A stretch of DNA of 64,000 nucleotides from a phage: the NCBI GenBank assembly GCA_012813795.1, contig GCA_012813795.1_4087.1; one strand, 5' to 3'. The notes under the pieces were generated by a model. The model ran no database searches. It was not told where the DNA came from and was given only the letters and a program-made list of their open reading frames with translations. Shown here in pieces: positions 9,234-23,574 of the stretch. The position numbers and the translations under genes are program-made. Positions within the stretch are counted from its first letter, which is position 1; each line of letters opens with the position of its first letter.

Positions 9234-9676
9234 GCTTGTTTGATTAAGTTAATTTGACTTTGATTTACAACTTCTTTTTTAGCTGCCGCTTTTTCTACCT
9301 TATCCATCACATAAACTTGTGCATCTTTATCCAACATAAACTTACCATCAATCAAGTTACCAAATACTTTAGAATTTCGTGCTGGGTAAGGACCAATCTC
9401 ATCAATGGTTCGTACTTGTTTATCTACAATGGTCGCTTTAATGAATCCAGTTTCCAGTACTGTTGTCATTACTGTCATTTCAATTGCAACAGGTGAATCT
9501 TCCCAGTAAGCCACCCACTTGGTAAAGCCACGATCTTTATCAGATTTTGTCGCTTTTAATTTAATAGAAGCATTGAAAATGTACTGTTTGAAGTTTCCTT
9601 CAACCACTTCACTGATACTCAAGTACCCTTCACGTTGCTCGGTATTGCGTTTAAATTGGGTAGCTAATACTGTCAT
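9218..9676 (-). CDS. hypothetical protein
   Basis: 152-aa ORF. Confidence 0.5.
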   Translation of the reverse strand: MTVLATQFKRNTEQREGYLSISEVVEGNFKQYIFNASIKLKATKSDKDRGFTKWVAYWEDSPVAIEMTVMTTVLETGFIKATIVDKQVRTIDEIGPYPARNSKVFGNLIDGKFMLDKDAQVYVMDKVEKAAAKKEVVNQSQINLIKQAWGLK

Positions 9677-9740
9677 GGTTGGTTCCTCATTAGATTATAA
9701 ATTAGTGTTGTGTTTCATTGGTAGTATCTTATCACTTCAC

Positions 9741-10205
9741 CTATAGCCTGTCAAGAACATCTGTAGTTTTATTTTGTAGTGCTTTTAGGATCAAACGAAT
9801 ATAGTACGGTGGTAAAACGAATCTTTCCATTGAGTTATATGAAAGATACATATCACTAAGTTTTAGTTCAGAACTGCTGTTACCTGGTTCTATAAAATGG
9901 ATCACCCCAGGATTTTTCATCACAACTTTGTATCCATTAACATTGTTGATAGCATTTCGACAAACCAGTTCAATGTTTGCTAAATCACTAATACTATAGT
10001 TTAGATTATATGATGAATGATATGAAGACACAACTAAAAATTCTTTGGGTAACAAATATGTCCAAAATAATGATTTAAAAAAAGCAAGATTTCCCTCAAA
10101 CTTAGATATAGATTTACTATATGCAATATGTTCAACATCATCAATGATAGAAAAAATCAATTGATATACAATAACAAATAGACTAATACATATCAGTGCT
10201 GTCAT
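9741..10205 (-). CDS. hypothetical protein with N-terminal TM segment
   Basis: 154-aa ORF. Confidence 0.5.
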   Translation of the reverse strand: MTALICISLFVIVYQLIFSIIDDVEHIAYSKSISKFEGNLAFFKSLFWTYLLPKEFLVVSSYHSSYNLNYSISDLANIELVCRNAINNVNGYKVVMKNPGVIHFIEPGNSSSELKLSDMYLSYNSMERFVLPPYYIRLILKALQNKTTDVLDRL

Positions 10206-10528
10206 TCATCAAACCCTCGTATGTAATTAAAAACTTCTACGCATTCTAATGTTTTTTCATCATCATTCATGTCATAGCCTTGAAGGAAATCTTCACGATC
10301 AACTCTCTTTGCCATCAAGTCAGTTTCTGAAATCATGGAATTGTAAAATGAAAACATATCCTTATAGTACTGCTTATTGTGTTGTTCATCCTTTACCTTA
10401 GCATAACCAGCACAATATGATGGGGATTTAACATCCTTCCATCGCACTTTATCAGCATAAACTGGATTGATGAAGCACGTAGTTAAGAATAGTACTGCTA
10501 CTATAGCCATGAAGCTCTTTAGCATCAT
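10202..10528 (-). CDS. hypothetical secreted protein
   Basis: 108 aa with signal-peptide-like N-terminus. Confidence 0.5.
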   Translation of the reverse strand: MMLKSFMAIVAVLFLTTCFINPVYADKVRWKDVKSPSYCAGYAKVKDEQHNKQYYKDMFSFYNSMISETDLMAKRVDREDFLQGYDMNDDEKTLECVEVFNYIRGFDE

Positions 10529-10767
10529 TATACCTCTTCGACAATAATATAGATTTCAACATCTTCACTGGAACTAAGATTTACTCTGTACTCAATATCA
10601 AGGATCTCGTACTGGGTATCATATGTATTTGTGATTGTCAGTACTGAACCAATAGATGGAAGTACTGGGAAATTCAATACATGTTGTACTGAACTAAATG
10701 AAAACTCTTTCTCACCGTTATATTGATTAGTAGTGTATTCATTTACTTCAATGTTACATTTAATCAT
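10528..10767 (-). CDS. hypothetical protein
   Basis: 79-aa ORF. Confidence 0.45.
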   Translation of the reverse strand: MIKCNIEVNEYTTNQYNGEKEFSFSSVQHVLNFPVLPSIGSVLTITNTYDTQYEILDIEYRVNLSSSEDVEIYIIVEEV

Positions 10768-11429
10768 AGTGGTAGCTCCTGTAGTGGTTTAAGAATACTC
10801 ATAACTGGATGGTTCTCAATTAATGGACGACCTGGTACACCTGTTAATACTACTGGAATAGAACTAATGTCTTTTACGTAATTGAATCCCTCAAACGTAA
10901 ATTCTTGTTTTTTCTCATTATACAAGACCCACAGAATAACATCAGCTTTTTTCTGAATGTTTTTCAATTGTCTAGTACTGACACATGGACCAAAGTCTTT
11001 CCATGATTTATACTTAATACCTTTTACTTCTATACGCAACCCATTTACTTTAATGTCACATTCACCATCACGTCCATCACATTGGAATGCTGGATCAATG
11101 TTTAACTTAATACCAGTACTGGCTTCAATTTCAGAGAACAATACAAACGATGCGTGTTCACAAACCATTCCAACAAAATGACTATGAGCGTGATTAAACC
11201 CATAAGGTGATTTGTTTTCAGGTGCAAGAACTTGATATCGCTCAGACTTTTCGATTGCCTTCGCCATGAAAGAATCTGCTTCATCAGAGTATAGTTTCAC
11301 AGTCATCTTGCCATTTTTAACAATTAAACGATTTTCTAATACATTCATAAAATACTCCTTTTCACTATTAATGTACATTATACTCAAAAATACAGGTCTG
11401 TCAAGGCCGATTTTCACCCTCATTATCAT
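10764..11429 (-). CDS. hypothetical protein
   Basis: 221-aa ORF; true start may be an internal Met. Confidence 0.5.
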   Translation of the reverse strand: MIMRVKIGLDRPVFLSIMYINSEKEYFMNVLENRLIVKNGKMTVKLYSDEADSFMAKAIEKSERYQVLAPENKSPYGFNHAHSHFVGMVCEHASFVLFSEIEASTGIKLNIDPAFQCDGRDGECDIKVNGLRIEVKGIKYKSWKDFGPCVSTRQLKNIQKKADVILWVLYNEKKQEFTFEGFNYVKDISSIPVVLTGVPGRPLIENHPVMSILKPLQELPL

Positions 11430-11469
11430 AAATATTTTATAAGCATTTCAACAATGAGGGGTTTGTTTT

Positions 11470-12627
11470 ATGTCTAGAACCATAGCTGATACCGGTGAAT
11501 ACAAGTTCGGTGAATGTGGTTATATCGTGGATGGTGCTTTACTAATCGATGGAACCAAATTAAAAAATATAAGAATTTACAGGCAGCGTAGTTATAAACT
11601 ATTTGATATTATAGATCCTGTAACAAACAAAATATATAGACGCGTACAAATTACTTCTTATGATAAGGTAGGAAATTTACTTAACTATAAAAAATCCGAT
11701 GATGAATTATTGGATGTTATTGCAAAGAATACTTTCTTTGTTCGTGGATACACTAATCATTTGAAACCTACAGATCCAACAGGGTTTGTAACTAAATTCC
11801 AATTACACAAAACGATATTTGGAAACTCCGATGTTACTTTTGATATGTACACACCAACTTGTTCAATTATTGATCGTGATATAGATAATATTTTAGTTAA
11901 TCCAGTTCATGTTGGGGATACTGAAATATCGGGTAAACTGTTCAATGCTGGACAAACCATCAACACAACAGGAATGACAATTACTGTAAAATTTTCAGAT
12001 GGGTCCGAGTATTCAACGAGTACAATAGTCAATGATGAATTCATTATAACAGTACCGGAAATTATGTCAACCGGAACTGCAACTATAACTCTTACGTCTG
12101 ATTTTTATAATACAAAAAGCGTTGATTTTAATATATTAGATGTTGGTGAGGATGACGGCTTAACCACTACTGTATCAGTAACTACATTCAGTACTGGGCC
12201 TGGTGATGTGTATAGTGCAAGAATCCCTGCTGATGTACATGGGCGTGGTAATAACTTAGCTATTCAGGTATATGATAATCATAATAATTTGGTATCTGCT
12301 GGCATTAATGTTAGCTCTACTGGTGATATTACAGTAACAATATATGATAATACACCTATAAAACTAAGTATATTGGGTAGTACATTACAAACATCTCCAT
12401 ATGTACAAAATGTCTCTTCTTCTGAATGGACACGCAATGGTGAAATGTATGAAATTAATATATCCAGTACTGGACACTTAAAAGAATTTGTTTTTGTTCA
12501 AGTATATGATAATAACAATGATGCAGTTCAATGTGAAATTCAGCTTGATGATGATGAGAATGTTACAATTACTTCTGTCGAAGCATTTGATGCAAAGATT
12601 GTAGTGTTTGGTTATAACAAACAATAA
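11470..12627 (+). CDS. hypothetical beta-rich repeat protein (possible virion or surface protein)
   Basis: 385 aa, the only substantial plus-strand gene; GAGGGG RBS; Thr/Ser-rich repeated beta-like segments; hairpin terminator right after stop. Confidence 0.55.
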   Translation: MSRTIADTGEYKFGECGYIVDGALLIDGTKLKNIRIYRQRSYKLFDIIDPVTNKIYRRVQITSYDKVGNLLNYKKSDDELLDVIAKNTFFVRGYTNHLKPTDPTGFVTKFQLHKTIFGNSDVTFDMYTPTCSIIDRDIDNILVNPVHVGDTEISGKLFNAGQTINTTGMTITVKFSDGSEYSTSTIVNDEFIITVPEIMSTGTATITLTSDFYNTKSVDFNILDVGEDDGLTTTVSVTTFSTGPGDVYSARIPADVHGRGNNLAIQVYDNHNNLVSAGINVSSTGDITVTIYDNTPIKLSILGSTLQTSPYVQNVSSSEWTRNGEMYEINISSTGHLKEFVFVQVYDNNNDAVQCEIQLDDDENVTITSVEAFDAKIVVFGYNKQ

Positions 12628-12656
12628 AAAAAAGCCTCCATATGGAGGCTTTTTCG
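12627..12656. terminator. bidirectional rho-independent terminator
   Basis: A8-GCCTCC-ATAT-GGAGGC-T5 between convergent genes. Confidence 0.7.
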
Positions 12657-12662
12657 TTCTCA

Positions 12663-13505
12663 TTACATAAAGTAATTGCGAATCACATATTCTAATGTTT
12701 TATCTTGGTGCTGCACTGCAACGGAATAAATTAGATTTTTAAATCCATCAATAGCAGCTTTCGATTCTTCTTCACCAAAATTCTTACTGATACTTTCGAA
12801 CATATCTTGTGCACGTTCAGAACTAACAACACTGTCAACGAATGCTGAAATTTCAGCACGCAACTGACGATCAAGCATATCACCAATCAGAATATCATCT
12901 GACTGTGAATCATCGTCGGTTTGTGCTGTGGTATCAGAATATCCAAAGATATCTTCAGATAGACCAAATTTCTTTTTAGCACCAGTAAATGCGGATTTCA
13001 CTTTAGATTTTACATCTTCTTTTTTGGAAGGTTGTTCTTGGGATTCAGGTTCTTCAGTTTCATATTCTTTTGTGAACATATGAGACAGCACTTGGTCAAG
13101 ATTATTAATCATACCATTTAACTTAGATTCTGCTGCGGCCCCCACGACTTTAAATGCTTCTTCATAAAGCTTATCTTCAGCCTTAGATTTTGCAGTACTA
13201 ACAGTTTCAGTGATTTTATCAGTACAATTTTTAAGAAGTTCAACAATTTCAGAAGATTTGCCATTTAGGATCTTATTGACCAACATATCCAACCCATCAG
13301 TTGGTTTGGATTTGTTTACTGGTTCACCATTTAATACCATTGCTAGTTCTTTTAGTGCAGCGTTAGATTCAAGACTAGAATCGAATTCTACCGATAACGT
13401 TGCCCCATTTGTCAACTCAATGACGAGATTATTGATAGACACATAAGAATGAGAATAAAGATCTTTATTGAATGATACAGTTTTGAATACGATAATGTTT
13501 GACAT
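12663..13505 (-). CDS. hypothetical acidic protein
   Basis: Start set at ATG 13505 (MSNIIVF) with GGAG RBS, not the upstream track start. Confidence 0.5.
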   Translation of the reverse strand: MSNIIVFKTVSFNKDLYSHSYVSINNLVIELTNGATLSVEFDSSLESNAALKELAMVLNGEPVNKSKPTDGLDMLVNKILNGKSSEIVELLKNCTDKITETVSTAKSKAEDKLYEEAFKVVGAAAESKLNGMINNLDQVLSHMFTKEYETEEPESQEQPSKKEDVKSKVKSAFTGAKKKFGLSEDIFGYSDTTAQTDDDSQSDDILIGDMLDRQLRAEISAFVDSVVSSERAQDMFESISKNFGEEESKAAIDGFKNLIYSVAVQHQDKTLEYVIRNYFM

Positions 13506-13515
13506 TTGAACTCCA

Positions 13516-13905
13516 TTAATTCCCAGACGCGGGAAAGTTTTTAAACATATAGTGACATTGTACCAGATTTTCGAAAGTAAGTCCAAAATCTAGAGTAACC
13601 ATCAGAGTTTGATATAAGTAATGACCAATCTCATTAGTTTCCGCATCTTTAAGATAGATTCCGAATTCAGTACAGCAAAATTGAACAACTTCATTATAAT
13701 CGATAAATTGTGATATTACAAGTACTTGGTCATATGAATTTGCATCAAAGCGAACCATGAACATTTCATTTGTTACAGGGTGGATAATAATACCACCCCT
13801 TGATATGACCTTTTCGTAATTATCACTCAAAAAATTAATTGTTGAGCTTAAATCCATATTATGCCTCGTTATAGAGTTTTCGTCCCGTGAGATGCTCATC
13901 TGCAC
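13516..13905 (-). CDS. hypothetical protein
   Basis: 129-aa ORF; C-terminal region weakly resembles the EE-x-FFQ family tail. Confidence 0.45.
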   Translation of the reverse strand: MQMSISRDENSITRHNMDLSSTINFLSDNYEKVISRGGIIIHPVTNEMFMVRFDANSYDQVLVISQFIDYNEVVQFCCTEFGIYLKDAETNEIGHYLYQTLMVTLDFGLTFENLVQCHYMFKNFPASGN

Positions 13906-14071
13906 AGAACTTCATTAAAAATGCTTTTTGTGAAAATCTCTGAAGCATTGAAACAGTTTCTTTTTTCATGTAAGCAATCTTATTGTCTACATCTAGCATT
14001 ATATCATGCTTTACGTTTAATTCCTGAATTGTTTTGTAAATTTCAAAATTTCGTTCTTTCATAGCCACCAA
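13859..14071 (-). CDS. hypothetical protein
   Basis: 70-aa ORF. Confidence 0.4.
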   Translation of the reverse strand: MVAMKERNFEIYKTIQELNVKHDIMLDVDNKIAYMKKETVSMLQRFSQKAFLMKFCADEHLTGRKLYNEA

Positions 14072-14372
14072 GATCCTCTAGTTCCCAAACAAGTTCTTTT
14101 GCTTCATCAATGTTATGGATGATTTGATAATGTCCAGAACTTGATGTTAGACGACTACCGTTTTGAGTAATGCAATAACCCCATGTTTTTGACTCATTAT
14201 GCATATCTCTCTGAAGTTTATATGGAGATTGTGGTTTCTTTTCTGCTATGTTTTCAGTATATAGGTCTTTTTCAATTTCCATACCACGAATGTGTGCATT
14301 CTTTTCAATACAACGGCAGATGATTATAGTAGCACAACATATTACAGTGATAATTATAGCATACATTTTCAA
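14043..14372 (-). CDS. hypothetical membrane protein
   Basis: 109 aa with hydrophobic N-terminal segment. Confidence 0.45.
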   Translation of the reverse strand: MKMYAIIITVICCATIIICRCIEKNAHIRGMEIEKDLYTENIAEKKPQSPYKLQRDMHNESKTWGYCITQNGSRLTSSSGHYQIIHNIDEAKELVWELEDLGGYERTKF

Positions 14373-14797
14373 TAACCTCTACTCTTACTAGTATGTTCAT
14401 TTATTGCATCTACCAGGTCATAACCCTGATAGTTAATACCATCAATTATAACTTTGTACTTATTACGTACCTTTGTGCCATCAGTTTTGGTCCAAATTGT
14501 GTTGTCTGGTGTAATAGATACAGTGTGATTTAAAATGAAATCAAACATCTGTTCCTTTGATAGTACTGTGACATTTTCAGTAATCATATCTACATTGATA
14601 CATTCACGAGTATGCTCAACACCTTCAAAAATGGCAACACCTTCGGTTTCTTTCAGTTTCTGTGCTTGAGCTTTAGCCGTTCCCATATCATCGGCATGAA
14701 CTGTTTCTGTACTGTATTCTACATTTAGTACGTTACCAGTATCTACGTCTTTCCATGTGTCACGAAAATGAACTTTAATCTTTGCTGTATTAGACAC
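14369..14797 (-). CDS. hypothetical protein
   Basis: 142-aa ORF. Confidence 0.5.
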   Translation of the reverse strand: MSNTAKIKVHFRDTWKDVDTGNVLNVEYSTETVHADDMGTAKAQAQKLKETEGVAIFEGVEHTRECINVDMITENVTVLSKEQMFDFILNHTVSITPDNTIWTKTDGTKVRNKYKVIIDGINYQGYDLVDAINEHTSKSRGY

Positions 14798-15254
14798 GAC
14801 CGCTTACCTCATTTTCTTTCAATTTAGAACATACATAGAGAATAGCACCCAATTCGTCACGTGTCAAGTCCTGTAGGTCATATGCCACCTGCATCTGAAA
14901 GTAACTTTCATCACTAAGGTCAGTGAATTGGTCAACATTTTCTACATGCACAAAGAAGTTTTTGGGATCATCATTGTAATGTGAATTATAAGGTCTTATT
15001 GAAAACCCATGACTGTATATATCCAATACGAATTTAGCATTTAAATAGCCCTCTAAATCAAGAGATGCAAGAATCGAATTGGATCTTTCAAAAATGTCCA
15101 TGAAATTATTACGATAAGATCTTGCACAAATCAGTACATCACCGAGTTGGATATCAACTTTCTGTCCAGTCTTGGATTCAGCTAACCCAATGATGTACTC
15201 CATAAACCCAGGAAAATATTTCCTGGATTTAATATCTTTCAGTACTGGACGCAT
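14790..15254 (-). CDS. EE-x-FFQ motif family protein
   Basis: C-terminal DESYFQMQVAYDLQDLTRDEL. Confidence 0.55.
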   Translation of the reverse strand: MRPVLKDIKSRKYFPGFMEYIIGLAESKTGQKVDIQLGDVLICARSYRNNFMDIFERSNSILASLDLEGYLNAKFVLDIYSHGFSIRPYNSHYNDDPKNFFVHVENVDQFTDLSDESYFQMQVAYDLQDLTRDELGAILYVCSKLKENEVSGRV

Positions 15255-15769
15255 TACATGTACCTCGCAAAAGAATCAATCTCTTCTGCATCAATCTTAA
15301 TCATATCTTCTGTACTGCTTGTGAAGATGATATGTCCATCAGGTGTAAATTGCAACCTCTGATTGATTGAGTACTGCATATTACATGAATCATATTCACC
15401 CCAGTCAATGACATATGATGCCATTTTGTCATTTGCACCGAAGAACACAACATGAGTAACATCACGCTCTGACAGGCGATCTACCAATGAAGTTCCGTTG
15501 TAAAAATCAGCCTCCGTGTCTTTCTTAAAGACAATAGCAAACTTCTTCAGTACTGATTCAATTGACAAACCATTAGCATAACGATATGCACGTTGCGATT
15601 CATCACCAACATACATGTACAGAATGTCAGTGAACTTGAAGTTTTGAACTTCACAGTTTTCAAATACTAGTTGTACTTCTTCAATGTTACCAAATGCCAT
15701 TTTATATCTCCGTGTACTCATATGTAATTCGATTACATATAGAAACAATTTAAATGTCAACCCATTCAA
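15254..15769 (-). CDS. hypothetical protein
   Basis: 171-aa ORF inside the paralog array, motif not evident. Confidence 0.5.
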   Translation of the reverse strand: MNGLTFKLFLYVIELHMSTRRYKMAFGNIEEVQLVFENCEVQNFKFTDILYMYVGDESQRAYRYANGLSIESVLKKFAIVFKKDTEADFYNGTSLVDRLSERDVTHVVFFGANDKMASYVIDWGEYDSCNMQYSINQRLQFTPDGHIIFTSSTEDMIKIDAEEIDSFARYM

Positions 15770-15790
15770 ATCAGACAGTTATGTGGTCGT

Positions 15791-16258
15791 TCACACTGTA
15801 CCCTTATTTGGAATCATTGCACTTAATCTTATTAAATCACGAATTTCTTCATATGTCAAGTCATGGATATCATGTAGAGTTTGAATCTGGAAGTACTGTT
15901 CTTCGGTTAATGGATGATAATTAGCACCAACTTCAATGTGACAGATTTCTGTGCTCTCAATAACTGAACTTAAATCCAAATTAACAGCATTAAATGGTGT
16001 TAAATGTAATGTAACACCACCGGAATTCACAATTACAGTGTATGTACGTTCGGTTCCCCTGTACATGTGTAGCCTCAGTGAGTGAATTTTCTCAAATGAA
16101 GTTGCAGCCCCATGAAGTTTATATGCATATATCTCAATGCTATATGAAGCATTCCATTGTGATGGATGATAACGGCACATCTTTTTTACCATCATGTCAA
16201 TTGCAGCACCCACCATACGACCCAAGTACTCACGATTAACTACTTGATCAAATCGCAT
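15791..16258 (-). CDS. EE-x-FFQ motif family protein
   Basis: C-terminal TEEQYFQIQTLHDIHDLTYEEI. Confidence 0.55.
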   Translation of the reverse strand: MRFDQVVNREYLGRMVGAAIDMMVKKMCRYHPSQWNASYSIEIYAYKLHGAATSFEKIHSLRLHMYRGTERTYTVIVNSGGVTLHLTPFNAVNLDLSSVIESTEICHIEVGANYHPLTEEQYFQIQTLHDIHDLTYEEIRDLIRLSAMIPNKGTV

Positions 16259-16659
16259 CTGAAATCCTCAATAAATTTCTGTACTGAAACCATCAACTCA
16301 TAAGGAATTCGCATATCTTTCACAGTGCTATCCTGAAAGTACTCTTCTTCAGTAGTATACAACTTACTAGCTGCCATTTTAACATCTTCAAAATCATCAT
16401 GAAAGAATTCGTTCTCATTGACAATAACATTAATACGTGCGTCATTAACCAATGTACCAGGAACTAGGTGAATTCCAAATGATAGACCACTTTTAATATC
16501 CTGAATATGGATAGTCAGAACACCATTATTCAGATAGCACCAGTTTTCATCTCCGAAGTAAACGTTCAATCCTTCACCTGGATAACGAAACTCACCATGA
16601 TTATCAAGTGCATTGATGATCATTTCATTGTATTCTGTACTTAACTTATAATTTTTCAT
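16240..16659 (-). CDS. EE-x-FFQ motif family protein
   Basis: C-terminal TEEEYFQDSTVKD. Confidence 0.55.
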   Translation of the reverse strand: MKNYKLSTEYNEMIINALDNHGEFRYPGEGLNVYFGDENWCYLNNGVLTIHIQDIKSGLSFGIHLVPGTLVNDARINVIVNENEFFHDDFEDVKMAASKLYTTEEEYFQDSTVKDMRIPYELMVSVQKFIEDFRCDLIK

Positions 16660-17129
16660 TCGTCCTCTTCCTCATATAGTTTGATACATTCAACGAAGTT
16701 TTTTGATAGTGCTTTATAAAAGTTATAATCAAAAACTAAATCATTGATTAAACTTTCCTGAAAGTATTCTTCTTCTGATTTATAATCTAACTTTAAATTA
16801 TCATCAGATGACAAAACTCGAACAAAGTGTGAGGCTCCATCTTCAGTACTAATATCGTAATAGATATTAATACTAATCACTATCTTGTTCTTGGTTCTTG
16901 GTTTCGTTAACTCAATTGTACAGTGCCATCCTTTGAGTTTGATTTCTTCAATGATAACATATTCATCCATGTATTCAAAGTAAATTAATGAACAGGAACG
17001 ATTAATATAAACACCCGGATAATGGTGTCTATCAAACATAAATTCTATCTTAGAGTTTTTAATAATTTCATCTGAAAGCATTTCAGTACTGATACCGTAC
17101 TGCATTAATACATCACGTATATTTGTCAT
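16656..17129 (-). CDS. EE-x-FFQ motif family protein
   Basis: C-terminal SEEEYFQESLINDL; 4-nt overlap with neighbours. Confidence 0.55.
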   Translation of the reverse strand: MTNIRDVLMQYGISTEMLSDEIIKNSKIEFMFDRHHYPGVYINRSCSLIYFEYMDEYVIIEEIKLKGWHCTIELTKPRTKNKIVISINIYYDISTEDGASHFVRVLSSDDNLKLDYKSEEEYFQESLINDLVFDYNFYKALSKNFVECIKLYEEEDE

Positions 17130-17521
17130 AACTTACCTACGACGTAACAGATTCTGCGTAAGTCAAAGAATGAAATTTTACTCAAATCATACACAAAGCA
17201 TAATTGCTCATACATTTCTTCTTGTAACTCATACATTACAGGATCAATATCGATGGCAATCATCTTGTCTATATCAATTTCAATATGATCTTTGAATAAA
17301 TCAATGGATATGTCATTAGTCGTAGTGATGTTATCAATGGTTATAAAAATGTTATCACAATTGTAAAACTCGGTTAAGTATCCATTATTGTATGCACCAA
17401 CAGTAATAATCCCATCCTTATGTGTCAATGTATGACGTTGTACAAATTCATTAAGTCTAACAAGATTGTACATATACTCAATAGCATCGGAAAAGATATC
17501 GTCTTCTACAACCAAATTCAT
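17126..17521 (-). CDS. EE-x-FFQ motif family protein (divergent)
   Basis: Start moved to ATG 17521 (MNLVVEDD) with AAGGAG RBS; track start overlaps the terminator; C-terminal ELQEEMYEQL. Confidence 0.5.
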   Translation of the reverse strand: MNLVVEDDIFSDAIEYMYNLVRLNEFVQRHTLTHKDGIITVGAYNNGYLTEFYNCDNIFITIDNITTTNDISIDLFKDHIEIDIDKMIAIDIDPVMYELQEEMYEQLCFVYDLSKISFFDLRRICYVVGKL

Positions 17522-17533
17522 GGTGTTCTCCTT

Positions 17534-17570
17534 AAAAAGAAAAAAGGCCGATTCAATTTGAATCAGCCTT
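17534..17570 (-). terminator. rho-independent terminator
   Basis: 13-bp stem AAGGCUGAUUCAA/UUGAAUCGGCCUU then U6CU5 on minus-strand RNA. Confidence 0.6.
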
Positions 17571-17571
17571 A

Positions 17572-17600
17572 AGTATAACATTTGTGGCATTGAAAGTCAA
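17572..17600 (-). promoter_or_regulatory. sigma70-type promoter overlapping terminator
   Basis: TTGACT-N17-TATACT on minus strand; predicted start site falls inside the terminator stem. Confidence 0.45.
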
Positions 17601-17850
17601 TACCAAAATCAAAAGTAATAACCTAGAGGGAGGGTAGTTATTACTCGTTTAGTGACATATATAATGATAAACAGGAGGTAAAAAACATTATACATGTTAT
17701 ATCTCTCCAGAACTACAATGATAGGTACTGGACCTGGAGAGAATGGAAAGACAAACCACTCACAGTACCATTTTACGACAAAATATGTGATAGCTTCTGA
17801 AAGAAAAAGGAGGATTCAGTACTGCTCCAGAAGCTATCGGTATAACATTT

Positions 17851-18129
17851 TCAGTACTGAATGTTTAGTTTAGGATGAGTATGTCCATCTTCGATTTGTT
17901 TTAGAATCGAGTCACGAATTTCTACTGCCCCTTGATAACTATATTTATCTCGTGGGATCACCCATGTATATTCACCATCAGTGGTTTTAAAATCAATACA
18001 CGGGTTATCTTTATATTCAGATGCAACCATTGCAATTACATGAATAGAATTCAAAGAATGATTAGAATACGGATAATTATCTTTGAACTTAAAGGTCTTG
18101 AGTTCTTCAGGAGCTACAATGAATTCCAT
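17851..18129 (-). CDS. hypothetical protein
   Basis: 92-aa ORF. Confidence 0.45.
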   Translation of the reverse strand: MEFIVAPEELKTFKFKDNYPYSNHSLNSIHVIAMVASEYKDNPCIDFKTTDGEYTWVIPRDKYSYQGAVEIRDSILKQIEDGHTHPKLNIQY

Positions 18130-18344
18130 TATTCATCCTCGTACTTCTTAAATGGTGGTACTGTTACATTGAAGTCTTTGCACATTTTAGTGGAACGAAC
18201 TTCAGTGTTGTTGTGGTAATTCTTCTTAAATTCATAAGAAACAAAATTACGAATACCTGGTGTATGAATAATTGCAAGAACAAAGGTACGACCAAAAAGA
18301 CATAACAAATTCCAGAACATATTAATCTCCAAATTAGTAGGCAT
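18129..18344 (-). CDS. hypothetical small membrane protein
   Basis: 71 aa with hydrophobic segment. Confidence 0.4.
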   Translation of the reverse strand: MPTNLEINMFWNLLCLFGRTFVLAIIHTPGIRNFVSYEFKKNYHNNTEVRSTKMCKDFNVTVPPFKKYEDE

Positions 18345-18688
18345 TAATCAAACGTGATACATCTAGTATAGCGTTAATCTCTTCTAATGTCAAGTCACCA
18401 ATGTCATTTATCATTGAGTACTGAAACAGTGATTCTTCAGTGTAATTGCATTCTGGTACAGCGATAAGGATAGGCTGCTTGGATACGTCCAAAGTTATTT
18501 TAGCCATTGTGCTATATATATCAAATTGATATAATTGATTTTTGGAAGTATATGATATGTATATATTATTTGATTCAGATGGATGTACCAAGGTAAAACC
18601 ATCGTAACATAATAGTTTAATGTTCGGATCGTCAAAATTGCCTGTATAAAGGTTCTTTCGAACATCTTGTATTATACGTACTATTAGA

Positions 18689-18696
<8 letters not shown>
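18334..18696 (-). CDS. EE-x-FFQ motif family protein
   Basis: C-terminal TEESLFQYSMINDIGDLTLEEI. Confidence 0.55.
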
Positions 18697-19465
<769 letters not shown>

Positions 19466-19468
19466 ACA

Positions 19469-19601
<133 letters not shown>

Positions 19602-19602
19602 A

Positions 19603-19702
<100 letters not shown>

Positions 19703-19746
19703 ATAGGCACATACGGGTCTGCTTTTAAGCTACTGATTCGGGAATC

Positions 19747-19792
<46 letters not shown>

Positions 19793-19799
19793 CGTTCTT

Positions 19800-20018
<219 letters not shown>

Positions 20019-20027
20019 TAATACCCT

Positions 20028-20429
20028 TTAGTAGTTTAAGTCAGCGGCGTTGAACACACCGAGTGAAGTCTTACCACGTAGTTTAGGGGAAATGACATAT
20101 TTTGTCAATGTCTTTTTACCGTACCAGTACTCGAAATCTTTTTCTTCTACATACGGATTAGGGAAATCCCATTTGCGTTCTTTATGAATTTGCTTGGCCT
20201 GGACTTGAAGCTTTTCAACTTCATCTGGTGGTACAGTATCTACATTATTAAACTGCATGTACATACCTTTTAACCCATCAAGAATTAATTTTTCAGTTTC
20301 TTTAACTAATGTAATCTTTTCGATTCCAGTACTGATATTCATGTAGTCATCTACATAACCATTCCAGATAACAATCTCTGGATTACCTTCGATTCCCTGA
20401 AGCATCTTGATCAAGTCATTCTTTTTCAT
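20028..20429 (-). CDS. hypothetical protein
   Basis: 133-aa ORF. Confidence 0.5.
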   Translation of the reverse strand: MKKNDLIKMLQGIEGNPEIVIWNGYVDDYMNISTGIEKITLVKETEKLILDGLKGMYMQFNNVDTVPPDEVEKLQVQAKQIHKERKWDFPNPYVEEKDFEYWYGKKTLTKYVISPKLRGKTSLGVFNAADLNY

Positions 20430-20437
20430 TTGAATTC

Positions 20438-22078
<1,641 letters not shown>

Positions 22079-22263
22079 ATCACCAACTTTAATTAAAAAA
22101 ATGGATGGTGACGCTTTTAAACGCCGCTGTTAATTCAGCTTTATAACCACCCGTTTTAACTTGCCTTTCGGCTACCTTGACGTGGGGCGTACAGGCTACT
22201 AAAAGCAACTTCTGTAAACATATTTCCACGCCTTACCATTTTCATTATATCAGTACTTTTATC

Positions 22264-23385
<1,122 letters not shown>

Positions 23386-23386
23386 C

Positions 23387-23570
<184 letters not shown>

Positions 23571-23574
<4 letters not shown>

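Noticed and set aside
11430-11470. T4-type late promoter (TATAAATA) upstream of the plus-strand gene
   Set aside because: Only near-matches (CATAAATA) are present; too weak to call without a genome-wide motif count.
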